Positions 18,676 to 27,727 of a stretch of DNA of 64,000 nucleotides are shown one piece after another; position 1 is the first letter of the stretch, and every line of letters starts with the position of its first letter. The position numbers were made by a program, and so were the translations under genes. This stretch comes from a phage: the sequence record PQ724393.1; one strand, written 5' to 3'. The notes under the pieces were generated by a model. The model did not search any database. It saw only the letters and a program-made list of their open reading frames with translations, and was not told where the DNA came from.

Positions 18676-18858
18676 TTATGCTTTCAACTCATTAAGATAC
18701 TCAACCAATGCAGCTTTAGAATTAGCCAAATCTCGTTTACACTGCTCTATTCCGGAATATGAATAGCCTTCACAATATTCAACGGCCAGGTCATTGGATG
18801 CGTTTTCAATGTGCTGGGCGAGTTTAAGGATTTGTTCAATCTGTTCAGTAGTTAACAT
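18676..18858 (-). CDS. Hypothetical protein (60 aa)
   Basis: ORF. Confidence 0.4.
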   Translation of the reverse strand: MLTTEQIEQILKLAQHIENASNDLAVEYCEGYSYSGIEQCKRDLANSKAALVEYLNELKA

Positions 18859-18862
18859 AATA

Positions 18863-19099
18863 TCACCAGTATTTGTTGATAGTAGAAATTAATTCTTGGG
18901 CTTGGGTGGTTTTCAGTTTACATCCACAACCCTTTAATGTGTCTTTAAGGAGCCACGGTTCCTTGAGCTCGTCTTTTTCTAGGCGAATTCTATATCCTCG
19001 ATAATCGGCAAAGATACTTCGGTCGTCGAATATCTTAATCTCAAGGATACGACCGTTGATTTCATATTCTAATGAAACCGTAGTACTTGTAAGTTTCAC
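18863..19099 (-). CDS. Hypothetical protein (78 aa)
   Basis: ORF downstream of promoter cassette 19100-19157. Confidence 0.45.
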   Translation of the reverse strand: MKLTSTTVSLEYEINGRILEIKIFDDRSIFADYRGYRIRLEKDELKEPWLLKDTLKGCGCKLKTTQAQELISTINKYW

Positions 19100-19157
19100 A
19101 CCGTTCTCCTCATTAGTTGATAGGTCTATAGTATCACGTTCCTAGAGGATGTAAATA
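19100..19157 (-). promoter_or_regulatory. Early promoter / stem-loop cassette
   Basis: ATTTACA box at 19150-19156, conserved core ttgataggtctatagtatca, SD. Confidence 0.5.
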
Positions 19158-19165
19158 CCTAAACG

Positions 19166-19192
19166 AAAAAAAGGTCCCACCGAAGTGAGACC
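19166..19192 (-). terminator. Rho-independent terminator (minus strand)
   Basis: On minus-strand RNA GGUCUCAC-UUCG-GUGGGACC (perfect with one G-U) then U7; plus strand has a C-A mismatch. Confidence 0.7.
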
Positions 19193-19197
19193 TTTGA

Positions 19198-19581
19198 TTA
19201 TTCTAACGTTAACAAATATTTAGTCTGGTAAAAGACCCCAGTGATATCGTCCAAAGTCGACTGGATGGCCTTAGGAAGGGTATCATAGATTTTATCAGAT
19301 GCTTTAAGAAGCTCGTCAAGGAAATCTACAGGGTCCTTAGGCAAGTCTGAAGCAGACGGTAATGATGCTTTATATTCTTTGCCACTGAATCCAAGATATT
19401 GCTCACTAAATTGGTCCAGCGGTCCTTGAACTTCTACATAATAGAAGTCATACGCTTTGTGTCTTGCATAGCTTTTGGTTTCTAAATGGGCTGACTTAAA
19501 ATAGGCTAAAGAAACCAGTAGCCAACCAATATAAGAATCCACTTCAGACCCTCGACCGGGTACGAAATCATTGAACTTCAT
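19198..19581 (-). CDS. Hypothetical protein (127 aa)
   Basis: ORF directly downstream of rI. Confidence 0.5.
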   Translation of the reverse strand: MKFNDFVPGRGSEVDSYIGWLLVSLAYFKSAHLETKSYARHKAYDFYYVEVQGPLDQFSEQYLGFSGKEYKASLPSASDLPKDPVDFLDELLKASDKIYDTLPKAIQSTLDDITGVFYQTKYLLTLE

Positions 19582-19861
19582 CTTCCACCTTCATTAGTTT
19601 TGCATAACGCTCTCCGATGGCACGACCCTCAATTGAGCACGCTTCTATAGTCCGACAACTTGATATCTTCCAAGAAGCCGTAACATAGGCCCAATAGTCT
19701 TCGGAGGCCTTTATGCTAGGTCTACTCATTTGCGCATAAACAGGCATCGCACTACTAGCAAATGCATCCATCAATTTATCGTGAGTATTATTTGCTAGTG
19801 AAACTGTAGGGCTTAAACATCCCGCCATAAGGATACAAGCCGCTGTACGGAAAATATCCAT
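19568..19861 (-). CDS. rI: Lysis-inhibition regulator RI-like periplasmic protein
   Basis: 97 aa, N-terminal signal-anchor, C-terminal CRTIEACSIEGRAIGERYAKLM resembles T4 RI; located next to tk as in T4. Confidence 0.65.
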   Translation of the reverse strand: MDIFRTAACILMAGCLSPTVSLANNTHDKLMDAFASSAMPVYAQMSRPSIKASEDYWAYVTASWKISSCRTIEACSIEGRAIGERYAKLMKVEDEVQ

Positions 19862-19953
19862 ACAAAAGTCCTTTGTTGTTTTATACTATTTGCCTTTCGG
19901 CCTTAACCGATAGCGATTACCAAAAGCTAAAGCTCTACGGTTAGTATTATTAT

Positions 19954-20232
19954 TTATAGCTTTTTAAGCTTACGACAATAAGAATAGAACACGTCGTTAA
20001 AATTATGCTCAACCCAATTCCTCTGTATAGGCGAGGTAATGGAAAGCATATAATGGGCTTTAATTAAATCCATCCCATTTTTATTAGGACATTCTTTATT
20101 ATTAGCATTATACGTCGCCGCTACAACCTCTATCTCTCTTTTGTAAGCCACATCATCCATGATAGGCGAAAGAACAATATAAGAAATAGCCACAGCGAAC
20201 GCTAGAATTAAAATCTTTGAATTTAGGTCCAT
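19954..20232 (-). CDS. Hypothetical signal-anchored protein (92 aa)
   Basis: N-terminal hydrophobic segment. Confidence 0.45.
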   Translation of the reverse strand: MDLNSKILILAFAVAISYIVLSPIMDDVAYKREIEVVAATYNANNKECPNKNGMDLIKAHYMLSITSPIQRNWVEHNFNDVFYSYCRKLKKL

Positions 20233-20239
20233 AGTACCC

Positions 20240-20812
20240 TCAACTCGTTATTTCTATCCAGTGCTTCCTGCACAATGACACGTAAGAATCGTTGCCACCT
20301 ATAGAAACTTGGGCTCCGTCCTTAATTGCGACACCATCTTGGACCCTAGCAGTCATAGTAGCTTTACGGCCGCAATGGCACACACCTTTGTACTCAACGA
20401 GCTTATCTGCTGTAGCGAGTAATTCAGCAGAGCCAGGAAACAGTTTACCCTGAAAATCAGTTCTTAGTCCATAACACATAACTGGAACATTATAATTGTC
20501 TACTATCTTCGCCAGTTGTTTTATCTGTGCAGGTTCTAAGAACTGTGCTTCATCCACAAATACGCAGTGGATATCTTTTTGAGATTCAGCCCAACGATAG
20601 AACTCGTATAGGTCCATATCCGGAGTCACTGCATTAGCCTCTTGACTAATCCCTATACGAGACGAAATGGTATGGCTTGATTCTCTATTGTCTATCGCAG
20701 GCTTTAAAAGGAGTACGCCCATACCACGTTCTTTGTAGTTATGAGCTGCCGTTAGCAATGAAGCTGTCTTACCTGAGTTCATTGCCGCATAGTGAAACAT
20801 CAAACTTGCCAT
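20240..20812 (-). CDS. tk: Thymidine kinase
   Basis: 190 aa, P-loop NSGKTASLL, VDEAQF, zinc ribbon CHCG...SLCRKHW; very similar to T4 Tk. Confidence 0.9.
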   Translation of the reverse strand: MASLMFHYAAMNSGKTASLLTAAHNYKERGMGVLLLKPAIDNRESSHTISSRIGISQEANAVTPDMDLYEFYRWAESQKDIHCVFVDEAQFLEPAQIKQLAKIVDNYNVPVMCYGLRTDFQGKLFPGSAELLATADKLVEYKGVCHCGRKATMTARVQDGVAIKDGAQVSIGGNDSYVSLCRKHWIEITS

Positions 20813-20821
20813 ATCACCTTC

Positions 20822-21007
20822 TTATTCTGTAATACTTTCCAGATAATTTTCTAAATCGTCTGAAGCCTTATTAAGGGCTTCTAGCGCTTTATAATAGTCT
20901 TCACGGGAGTAATATTCTGTATGAAGTTCTTCGTCGTATTCGCTTTTAGCATCAACAACAGTTTCAATCATATCCAGAATTTTATTTTTCTGTTCTTTAG
21001 TAATCAT
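20822..21007 (-). CDS. Hypothetical acidic protein (61 aa)
   Basis: ORF. Confidence 0.4.
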   Translation of the reverse strand: MITKEQKNKILDMIETVVDAKSEYDEELHTEYYSREDYYKALEALNKASDDLENYLESITE

Positions 21008-21015
21008 AATATACC

Positions 21016-21201
21016 CTAAAGCGTATTCACATAAGCAATTAATTCGTTTTCTTTCTCATCAAATCTATTAGCAAATTCTTCCAGACGTTCGGCATCTATC
21101 GGGCCGTATTCATCGTAAAAAGCGTTTGCTTCGGTATGTTCATCCAAAAGCTCATGAATAAGCTCAAACAATCTACTTTTCTGACTAATACTTAAACTCA
21201 T
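21016..21201 (-). CDS. Hypothetical acidic protein (61 aa)
   Basis: ORF. Confidence 0.4.
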   Translation of the reverse strand: MSLSISQKSRLFELIHELLDEHTEANAFYDEYGPIDAERLEEFANRFDEKENELIAYVNTL

Positions 21202-21425
21202 TTAGGTTCACCATATCGCACAAATTTAGGATGTTCGCAATAACCGGAATGAAAACCTTCACCCTTATGATTAGAACATCCTTTATTAGAACAGTACCAC
21301 CAGTAATCATATTCGCAATTCATTTCATCATTGCATAAAGCTGCGATTACCGGCCATTCACATTTTTCACATTTAGCCGTTTTAAGAATTCTAGCTTGGC
21401 TCATAACCATTGCACCTTTAAGCAA
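21198..21425 (-). CDS. Hypothetical Cys-rich protein (75 aa)
   Basis: Multiple Cys pairs suggest Zn binding. Confidence 0.4.
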   Translation of the reverse strand: MLKGAMVMSQARILKTAKCEKCEWPVIAALCNDEMNCEYDYWWYCSNKGCSNHKGEGFHSGYCEHPKFVRYGEPK

Positions 21426-21613
21426 TATTCTTCTACATGCTGTTTACGTTTATTTTTATCTATAAAAGTATATTCAACATATTCACCGATATACCATTTA
21501 TCAGTGTTGTGTTGACTTTTTATAGGGCATTTAGTTACTCGGGTTTCGGTCCAGCGCCGAATAATTTCAGCTTTATTTTTAGGGTCAAACGGATGCGGGT
21601 AATGTGCTTTCAT
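21401..21613 (-). CDS. Hypothetical protein (70 aa)
   Basis: ORF. Confidence 0.4.
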   Translation of the reverse strand: MKAHYPHPFDPKNKAEIIRRWTETRVTKCPIKSQHNTDKWYIGEYVEYTFIDKNKRKQHVEEYCLKVQWL

Positions 21614-22064
21614 AATCCACCACTATTAAATCAATATCAGGGGTAAACATGTCGATTAATTTAGAAACCTTTTCCCAATCACCGCCAGCAATACCACAAC
21701 CGATGCGAGGAATATAAATTCTTGGTTTAAACAAAAGGGTTTCTGCTTGTAGATTTAATTCTATCATACAGTTTACTAAAGCACCGTAATCAAGATTAGG
21801 GCCGGGTTCGTATTGGGTGTATAAATTATAGCACATTGCAAATCCATTAGGCTTATGTTTAAAAACAATAGACATATCGCCTAATTTATCACGAGAACCG
21901 TATTCAGTAGTGGTCTTATCAATTTCTAAGATTTTAGGATAGGCTCTTGCTAATTGACCGGCCACGCCTGAACCCATAGTATGAAAACAGTTGCACCCAT
22001 GTGCAATAATATTACCTTGGAGAAACAGGGCGACGATATCGCCCTTAATATAATCAATAATCAT
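21585..22064 (-). CDS. Macro-domain protein (ADP-ribose binding/processing)
   Basis: 159 aa; GDIVALFLQGNIIAHGCNCFHTMGSGVAGQLA matches the macrodomain GDIt...NAAN...GGGV signature. Confidence 0.55.
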   Translation of the reverse strand: MIIDYIKGDIVALFLQGNIIAHGCNCFHTMGSGVAGQLARAYPKILEIDKTTTEYGSRDKLGDMSIVFKHKPNGFAMCYNLYTQYEPGPNLDYGALVNCMIELNLQAETLLFKPRIYIPRIGCGIAGGDWEKVSKLIDMFTPDIDLIVVDYESTLPASV

Positions 22065-22417
22065 TTAGAGTTTAATCCTCGGTTGTAGGAGTCAACGAGT
22101 CTGTCTACCATAGACGCGCACATTTCTTTGTACTTTTTATCAGACGGAACACATTCAGTAACGTTTAGACGTTGCTCGTATCTTTTAGAAAGAGTTTTCT
22201 CTTTCATTCGGCGATGCTCGACGTCGTTCTGTCCATCTTTAAAAGCAGCTGTTATTTTTGAACTGAATTCAATAACGCATTCAGTATTACTCGGATGACA
22301 ATAATCTTTTGCTGTACGGGTGGCATACTCAACAATTGAATTATTTGTATCATCAACTTGTGACGCTAATACTCCCGGAGCAATCAACATAAGCGCTATA
22401 GTCATCTGCTTAATCAT
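22061..22417 (-). CDS. Hypothetical secreted protein (118 aa)
   Basis: N-terminal signal peptide MIKQMTIALMLIAPGVLASQ. Confidence 0.45.
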   Translation of the reverse strand: MIKQMTIALMLIAPGVLASQVDDTNNSIVEYATRTAKDYCHPSNTECVIEFSSKITAAFKDGQNDVEHRRMKEKTLSKRYEQRLNVTECVPSDKKYKEMCASMVDRLVDSYNRGLNSK

Positions 22418-22957
22418 TTAATACACCGCCTCAAACATCTTTTTAGATTTTAGATAATTGGCCTTTTCTAGAACTTCAGAAGCATATTTACTGCCTGCTT
22501 TGACGTCCCAGCCCGCATTATAAGAAGCAATCGCTTTTCTCAGGTCACCTTTGTGAACATCAATCCAATAAGACAGTTCAATGTAGGCCCAAGAGGCACT
22601 GTTCTGTCGTTTTTGGACCATACGAATTATTTCTTTGTCTGACATCTTCCAACCTACCTGTTGAACACGACTTCTTAACGTAGGCAAGTAATTTTGGAAC
22701 ATGCCATAAGCATGGTGCTTATCTTTATTTAAACCCTGATTAATTCCGGCGGATGATTCCTGCCATAGTAATCCGGCCATGATATATCCTAATCCTTTTT
22801 GATTAGGGTTTTCTTTGAACTTTCCCGACTTTTGGTATTGTTCACCGAAAGCATACGCATAATGCAAATTGTCGAGTTGCTCACTGTTGAAAGTAGGCTC
22901 TACGCTATAGGCAGACATACTAACTGTCAATAGTAAAGTGGCTAATACTTTTTTCAT
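22418..22957 (-). CDS. Periplasmic lytic-transglycosylase-like (SLT-domain) protein
   Basis: 179 aa, signal peptide MKKVLATLLLTVSMSAYS, motifs LLWQESS, YGMFQ, YNAG reminiscent of SLT family. Confidence 0.5.
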   Translation of the reverse strand: MKKVLATLLLTVSMSAYSVEPTFNSEQLDNLHYAYAFGEQYQKSGKFKENPNQKGLGYIMAGLLWQESSAGINQGLNKDKHHAYGMFQNYLPTLRSRVQQVGWKMSDKEIIRMVQKRQNSASWAYIELSYWIDVHKGDLRKAIASYNAGWDVKAGSKYASEVLEKANYLKSKKMFEAVY

Positions 22958-22969
22958 GAGACCTCATTA

Positions 22970-23429
22970 TTAAAGATAGATTACTTTCGTGCTGGTTTTA
23001 CCTTCTAAACGTTTAGAGTTAACAAATGCCATACGACATTTTAATGAATATCCTTTATCAGGATGTTTACGATCTACGGTCATACCCAACCATAAGGTTT
23101 TATCAGTAATCTCGAGACGCAGCGGACGATACACTTTACCTGGGACAATTTCAGATTCTATGTCAGGAAGAGGCTCCTGGATTAAAAATTCATGGATTTC
23201 TTTAACATGGTTATGGAGTTGCTTGAATAAAGCAAAAACGTATTTTTCGTCAATTTCACGTTGGATAGCACGGTCCAACAAGTGATTAGAGTACTTAATA
23301 AAGAAAGCTGGGACCCCGCTCTTGATGGCGGCTTTTTTGATGGACGCGTTAAGTTCACGAAATTCGGTTTCGAACTGACGACGTAATTTGTTGCGGCGGA
23401 TGAATACTTCTGAATTAATTTCTGACATT
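22970..23429 (-). CDS. regB: Endoribonuclease RegB
   Basis: 153 aa from ATG 23427-23429 (MSEINSEVFIRRNKLRR...HLLDRAIQREIDEKYVF...); strongly resembles T4 RegB; ORF-track N-terminal extension rejected. Confidence 0.85.
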
Positions 23430-23486
23430 TTGTAATCTCCTGTAGTTGATAGGTCTATAGTATCATGTCTACAGGAGATGTAAACT
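23430..23486 (-). promoter_or_regulatory. Early promoter / stem-loop cassette
   Basis: GTTTACA-N17-TACTAT; perfect stem CTCCTGTAG/CTACAGGAG with SD in 3' arm; identical to copy at 25766-25822. Confidence 0.6.
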
Positions 23487-23490
23487 GCTT

Positions 23491-23769
23491 TTAGTATTTT
23501 TCCTCGGGTTGGAAAACAGAACGACAGGCCCACATGGATGCTTCTTTCAAGCGTTCGATTGCCGTACGAATCTGGGTAATGCGTTCATGAGCCTGGTCTA
23601 GTTCTTGTTCAGAAACCTCTTCGGCATCTAAGTTCATATAATAGGTAACATGTTCTTCTTCTAATGCTTTAAAGATTAAGCCTAATCGAACTTCAGCATC
23701 TTTAATGGCATTCACTTTACTGATTTTATCGTCGGTATGTGACTTGTAACCTTTGATATCTTCAATCAT
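23491..23769 (-). CDS. Hypothetical protein (92 aa)
   Basis: ORF; helical. Confidence 0.4.
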   Translation of the reverse strand: MIEDIKGYKSHTDDKISKVNAIKDAEVRLGLIFKALEEEHVTYYMNLDAEEVSEQELDQAHERITQIRTAIERLKEASMWACRSVFQPEEKY

Positions 23770-23984
23770 TTCACTTCCTCATCAGATGCAATATCATATT
23801 CTACAAAACGAAGGCCATCGTATCCACCACTAACAGAGATATACGTAGTCGGGTAAACAATTTCTTTACCATTCCATTGACCGCCGTCCCAACATTCCAT
23901 AAAGCCTTGTTCGCCCTGTTCGTGGAACCAGTCAACAAACATCTTCAGAGCTTCATCAGAGCCTTCAATTGTCAATTTAGACAT
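23766..23984 (-). CDS. Hypothetical protein (72 aa)
   Basis: ORF. Confidence 0.4.
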   Translation of the reverse strand: MSKLTIEGSDEALKMFVDWFHEQGEQGFMECWDGGQWNGKEIVYPTTYISVSGGYDGLRFVEYDIASDEEVK

Positions 23985-24273
23985 ATTTTTTCCAGTCAGA
24001 AATCATATGAATCTCTTGGTCATACGTCAAGAGACTGCGAGTAATAATACCCTTGCACGGCCCAGAGATGAACTCGAGAGTGAAGTAAGGAACCTGTTTC
24101 ATTAATCGGATGCTTGGGGCATGGCATCTAAAACGAGAGCCCTTAAAGGGCCCTGACATGAATACATATTCTAATGGATAGAAATAAGCATATTCGAAAT
24201 TTGCAGTAAGGTCCTCTCTTCGAACCTTACGTGAGAAATAACAGAACTCAAAAAGTTCTTCATCAGTCATCAT
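23977..24273 (-). CDS. Hypothetical protein (98 aa)
   Basis: ORF. Confidence 0.4.
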   Translation of the reverse strand: MMTDEELFEFCYFSRKVRREDLTANFEYAYFYPLEYVFMSGPFKGSRFRCHAPSIRLMKQVPYFTLEFISGPCKGIITRSLLTYDQEIHMISDWKKYV

Positions 24274-24797
24274 TGCATTCCTATCACAAAGAACAGCGGC
24301 AGAGGTTTAGAACCCTGGCACATAAATTTGTTAATCATTACCTGGTAAGCTTCATAGAACTTATCCATCGATGGAAGGCGCATTGGCTCTTCGATAATAA
24401 TCAATAATCGAGTAACTGATAGACCACGATACTTATGGAAGTTATCTTCGTCTAAAAATGATCGCACGGTATCATATACAATAAACCCAGGACCTTCTAC
24501 TTGAAGATGTGGATGAGCCTTAGAAACCCTTTTTATTACATTACAGATTTCGCGTGACCGGTGCGAAGAACTCGACATAACAATCACATCATTACCCTTG
24601 GAAACCCAATCAGCTGCGAACTGGGCAAGGGCACTTGTTTTACCTGTTTGGCGTCCGCCGTCAAGTCGAAGAGTACCAAACTCTTGCATTCTTGAAGTAG
24701 GTTCGTACCAGGTGTATTGGTTTGAGTCTAATCGTTCAATGGCGCGTTCAGCGAAGGCGTGCATTAAGGTTAGATAAATGGGAGTTAAAAATTTCAT
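24270..24797 (-). CDS. Small P-loop NTPase-like protein (175 aa)
   Basis: Walker A GGRQTGKTSA, Walker B-like LLIIIEEP. Confidence 0.5.
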   Translation of the reverse strand: MKFLTPIYLTLMHAFAERAIERLDSNQYTWYEPTSRMQEFGTLRLDGGRQTGKTSALAQFAADWVSKGNDVIVMSSSSHRSREICNVIKRVSKAHPHLQVEGPGFIVYDTVRSFLDEDNFHKYRGLSVTRLLIIIEEPMRLPSMDKFYEAYQVMINKFMCQGSKPLPLFFVIGMQ

Positions 24798-24946
24798 AGT
24801 GGTCTCTTAGTTGTGGGGCCATTCCTTGGCACATAATTCATCCCTTTCTGCATTTACCCATTACCGCACTTGGGCTCGACCTTATTACAGGTTGGTGGGA
24901 GTCCCTCACGGAATTGTGAGGTCCAGGTTGCTCCCATTTTTAAAGA

Positions 24947-25306
24947 TTAAAGATGGTCGAGTGCCGGATTATGAGGCTTTTCTGCTTTAGCAGTATTTTT
25001 GTGCCAATCCGATTTAGAAACACGAATTGCATCCGCACCGTAAGAGCTCTTAAGGAGGCCCTTTTTATTGTAAACACTTATAGAAGTAAGGGTGTCACCA
25101 TTCCAAGTAGCATGGACGAAGTTGGATTTAGATTTAAGTTCTTTAGCCAGGCTCTGGTTGGTAGCCATAGAAGCAAAGTCTTTACCTGTAACTTTAAAAA
25201 CTTCAGATGGGTTCAGCCCTTCTTTAGCCTTAGCCAATTGTTCAGGAGACATAGCTTCGTTAATGCGCTGAGTAGATTCAGTAATAAATTGTTGGTAAGT
25301 TTTCAT
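24947..25306 (-). CDS. Internal-protein-like head protein with capsid targeting sequence (119 aa)
   Basis: N-terminus MKTYQQFITE-S matches the T4 IP capsid targeting sequence ([10 protein letters not shown], prohead protease cleavage after Glu of [IL]-x-E). Confidence 0.6.
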   Translation of the reverse strand: MKTYQQFITESTQRINEAMSPEQLAKAKEGLNPSEVFKVTGKDFASMATNQSLAKELKSKSNFVHATWNGDTLTSISVYNKKGLLKSSYGADAIRVSKSDWHKNTAKAEKPHNPALDHL

Positions 25307-25348
25307 ATTATTCCTTAAGTTGATAGAAGTATTCTACCACGGATTTAA

Positions 25349-25765
25349 TTAAGCGTAAATAGCCTTGCCATAGTGTTTGTACCAGGTAGGACGTTGTGCA
25401 ATTTTTTCATCCAAACGGGTTTGTGAAATAGCGATAGAAGCTTCGTGAGGAGCATAATCACCACGGAATTCCTGAGGAATATCACTAATGTCCTGGACCG
25501 TAGTATCTTTGATATTAAAGCCACGTTTTAAACATTCGGCTATAAGCTCGATTTGACGCTTACGTAAAAATTCAAGCTTATCGTAAAAGAATGTAACATG
25601 GCCTGCGCCAAGGATAAAAGTAGGACTGATTTTGAAATCACGGACACGTTTACCATTAGCAACATGCTTACGAACTGCACCGAAAACACGTGGTAATTCA
25701 CGATATTCAGCCATTAAGTGTTGGTCAGCCAATTCAGATACTAAGGTAAGGTTGATACGAGTCAT
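25349..25765 (-). CDS. denV: Endonuclease V (pyrimidine dimer DNA glycosylase) DenV
   Basis: 138 aa [41 protein letters not shown]...; essentially matches T4 endonuclease V as I recall it. Confidence 0.9.
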   Translation of the reverse strand: MTRINLTLVSELADQHLMAEYRELPRVFGAVRKHVANGKRVRDFKISPTFILGAGHVTFFYDKLEFLRKRQIELIAECLKRGFNIKDTTVQDISDIPQEFRGDYAPHEASIAISQTRLDEKIAQRPTWYKHYGKAIYA

Positions 25766-25822
25766 TTTTAATCTCCTGTAGTTGATAGGTCTATAGTATC
25801 ATGTCTACAGGAGATGTAAACA
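25766..25822 (-). promoter_or_regulatory. Early promoter / stem-loop cassette
   Basis: Identical to 23430-23486 copy over ~55 nt; immediately upstream of denV ATG. Confidence 0.6.
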
Positions 25823-25845
25823 ACTTTTATCAAGTATCGGCTTTA

Positions 25846-26442
25846 TTAATTACCACGGGCTGCATTAGCAACGGCGTAAGCGTACTGAACATTAGCGTCT
25901 TTAAACGTACCTTTAGAGGTATCTATTTCTGCCTTAAAGCCACCTTTAGCCATAACATCAGCAAATTCTTTACGGAAAGCCATTGCATCAAGACCTTTCC
26001 ATGATGATTTGTGCTTGGCAAATTCAAGACCGGCGAAGTTGACAGCCTTAGCCAATTTATTATCAATAGTCCATTTACCTGCTTTAGGTACAACTACCGG
26101 GCCTTTTTGTTTAGAGAACAGTTTTAAATTCCAGCGACGAAGGTCGCCGTCAGCTTTAACAAAAGCTGCGTCCAAGTTACTAGCAACAACATCCTGAATA
26201 TGGCCAAATTTAAGCCCATCAGCTTCAATATTTAGGTCGTTACGCCAGCGAAGTCCTTCCCAGGCGAAAGCTTTAAAGTCAGAAGCTTTTGTAGCTAAAT
26301 ACCGTTCAATAGGAGCTGTTTTAGCGTCAAAACCATTTCCTGGGTTGTCAACGCCATTTCCTCGGTAGGTCCACTCATCTTTATTAATGCCTTGGACCTT
26401 TCCTACAGAAGCTTCGGCGATAAATTCTTTATACGTTTTCAT
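25846..26442 (-). CDS. Internal-protein-like head protein with capsid targeting sequence (198 aa)
   Basis: N-terminus MKTYKEFIAE-A; between denV and e, where T4 has ipII/ipIII. Confidence 0.6.
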   Translation of the reverse strand: MKTYKEFIAEASVGKVQGINKDEWTYRGNGVDNPGNGFDAKTAPIERYLATKASDFKAFAWEGLRWRNDLNIEADGLKFGHIQDVVASNLDAAFVKADGDLRRWNLKLFSKQKGPVVVPKAGKWTIDNKLAKAVNFAGLEFAKHKSSWKGLDAMAFRKEFADVMAKGGFKAEIDTSKGTFKDANVQYAYAVANAARGN

Positions 26443-26525
26443 ACGGGTTCCTTAAAGGTAAATATTTTAATTAGTCTGTTCAATTAACTGTAGATATACT
26501 ATCACAATTCTAGGAGATGTAAACT
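26443..26525 (-). promoter_or_regulatory. Early promoter-like cassette (diverged)
   Basis: GTTTACATCTCCTAG...TAGTAT on coding strand, SD AAGGAA before ATG 26442. Confidence 0.45.
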
Positions 26526-26529
26526 GCTT

Positions 26530-27018
26530 TTATCTATAAGCGGCCCAAGTACCTGTTTTAAATGTTGAAATCACGCGCTTAGCACGGTTAGGGGTTTGCT
26601 TGTACCAACGAGATTGAGCCAGGTTAACTGCCGCATCGTTCCAACGTTTCTGTTGGAGCATACGTAAAGAGTTAGTGAACCCTGCTACACCTGCTTCACC
26701 CATTTGGAAGACCATGTTAATTAAAGCACAACGACGAACTTCATCGAGCACATCATAAACAGGTTTCAATTTAGGATTACGCAGAATAGCTCTACGAGCA
26801 TTATCAACCGACCGGTTAAAGAGTTGTTCTGCTTCAGCCATAGTAATACGACCATTACAAACTCGACCCATAAGCTTATCAAGTTCAGCGCGGGCAACAT
26901 CTTTAGATGGGTTCTTGGTAACTAACTGGCCAATACCAATAGTCCAATAACCTTCAGTGTCTTTATAAAGATTTAAATCAAGACCTTCGTCTTGACGTAA
27001 CATATCAAAAATATCCAT
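26530..27018 (-). CDS. e: Lysozyme (endolysin) e
   Basis: 162 aa [31 protein letters not shown]...; T4 lysozyme catalytic region (E, D, T) conserved. Confidence 0.9.
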   Translation of the reverse strand: MDIFDMLRQDEGLDLNLYKDTEGYWTIGIGQLVTKNPSKDVARAELDKLMGRVCNGRITMAEAEQLFNRSVDNARRAILRNPKLKPVYDVLDEVRRCALINMVFQMGEAGVAGFTNSLRMLQQKRWNDAAVNLAQSRWYKQTPNRAKRVISTFKTGTWAAYR

Positions 27019-27048
27019 AATACCTCCTGAGTATAGGAGGTATTTATA
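27019..27048 (-). promoter_or_regulatory. Late promoter TATAAATA plus SD-sequestering hairpin for gene e
   Basis: Coding strand TATAAATA-CCTCCT-ATACTC-AGGAGG-TATT-ATG; first arm between promoter and start, SD is the second arm. Confidence 0.65.
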
Positions 27049-27498
27049 TCAAAAGAGCGAATCTAAAACCTTAAACATCGACGGGCCCATGACATATTTC
27101 CATTGTGGACGTTTAATCAAGGCAAAAGCATCGAATTCAGGAATCGTACGACCATCAGGGAACGTATGGTAAGCTGTACATTTGCAATTCTTGAACTGCT
27201 CGTGTTCCACAGGCACTGTATATAAGAACAGATGTAGATTCTTATTGCTTGAATATTTGAACTCACCTAGGTCTTTCAGGAATGCAGGATCGTATGCCGT
27301 GAATCCAATCTCTTCTTCGGTTTCACGCATTGCGGCTTGAATAGGCTCTTCGCCTGGTTCTACATGACCTTTAGGAATGTCCCATTTATGACGCATGTTC
27401 TCTGGATTACGAGAGCCTGTTACACGACCCATAACTAGTTCTTTATCAACGGTCATGAACAAAATACCGGCAGATAGTTCTTTAACTTTCTTACTCAT
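27049..27498 (-). CDS. nudE: Nudix hydrolase NudE
   Basis: Nudix box GHVEPGEEPIQAAMRETEEEIGF; start at ATG 27496-27498 (MSKKVKELSAGILF). Confidence 0.75.
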   Translation of the reverse strand: MSKKVKELSAGILFMTVDKELVMGRVTGSRNPENMRHKWDIPKGHVEPGEEPIQAAMRETEEEIGFTAYDPAFLKDLGEFKYSSNKNLHLFLYTVPVEHEQFKNCKCTAYHTFPDGRTIPEFDAFALIKRPQWKYVMGPSMFKVLDSLF

Positions 27499-27727
27499 CG
27501 TCTCGTTCCCACGATTGTTTAAAGATATCTTGCATAATAATTTGAAGTCTATTTTCTGATGATGGACTTTCACTATCAGACACTTGAAGCATATAGTCAC
27601 CAATAGGACAGAACATATCCATATCGCTTTCTAAGTCTTCTTTGATTTTCTCTTCTGACGTTCCGGTATCATAGGAATACAGATAAGAATCACATGACTC
27701 AGATTTAATATAAATTGCAATACTCAT
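27491..27727 (-). CDS. Hypothetical acidic protein (78 aa)
   Basis: ORF. Confidence 0.4.
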   Translation of the reverse strand: MSIAIYIKSESCDSYLYSYDTGTSEEKIKEDLESDMDMFCPIGDYMLQVSDSESPSSENRLQIIMQDIFKQSWERDDE

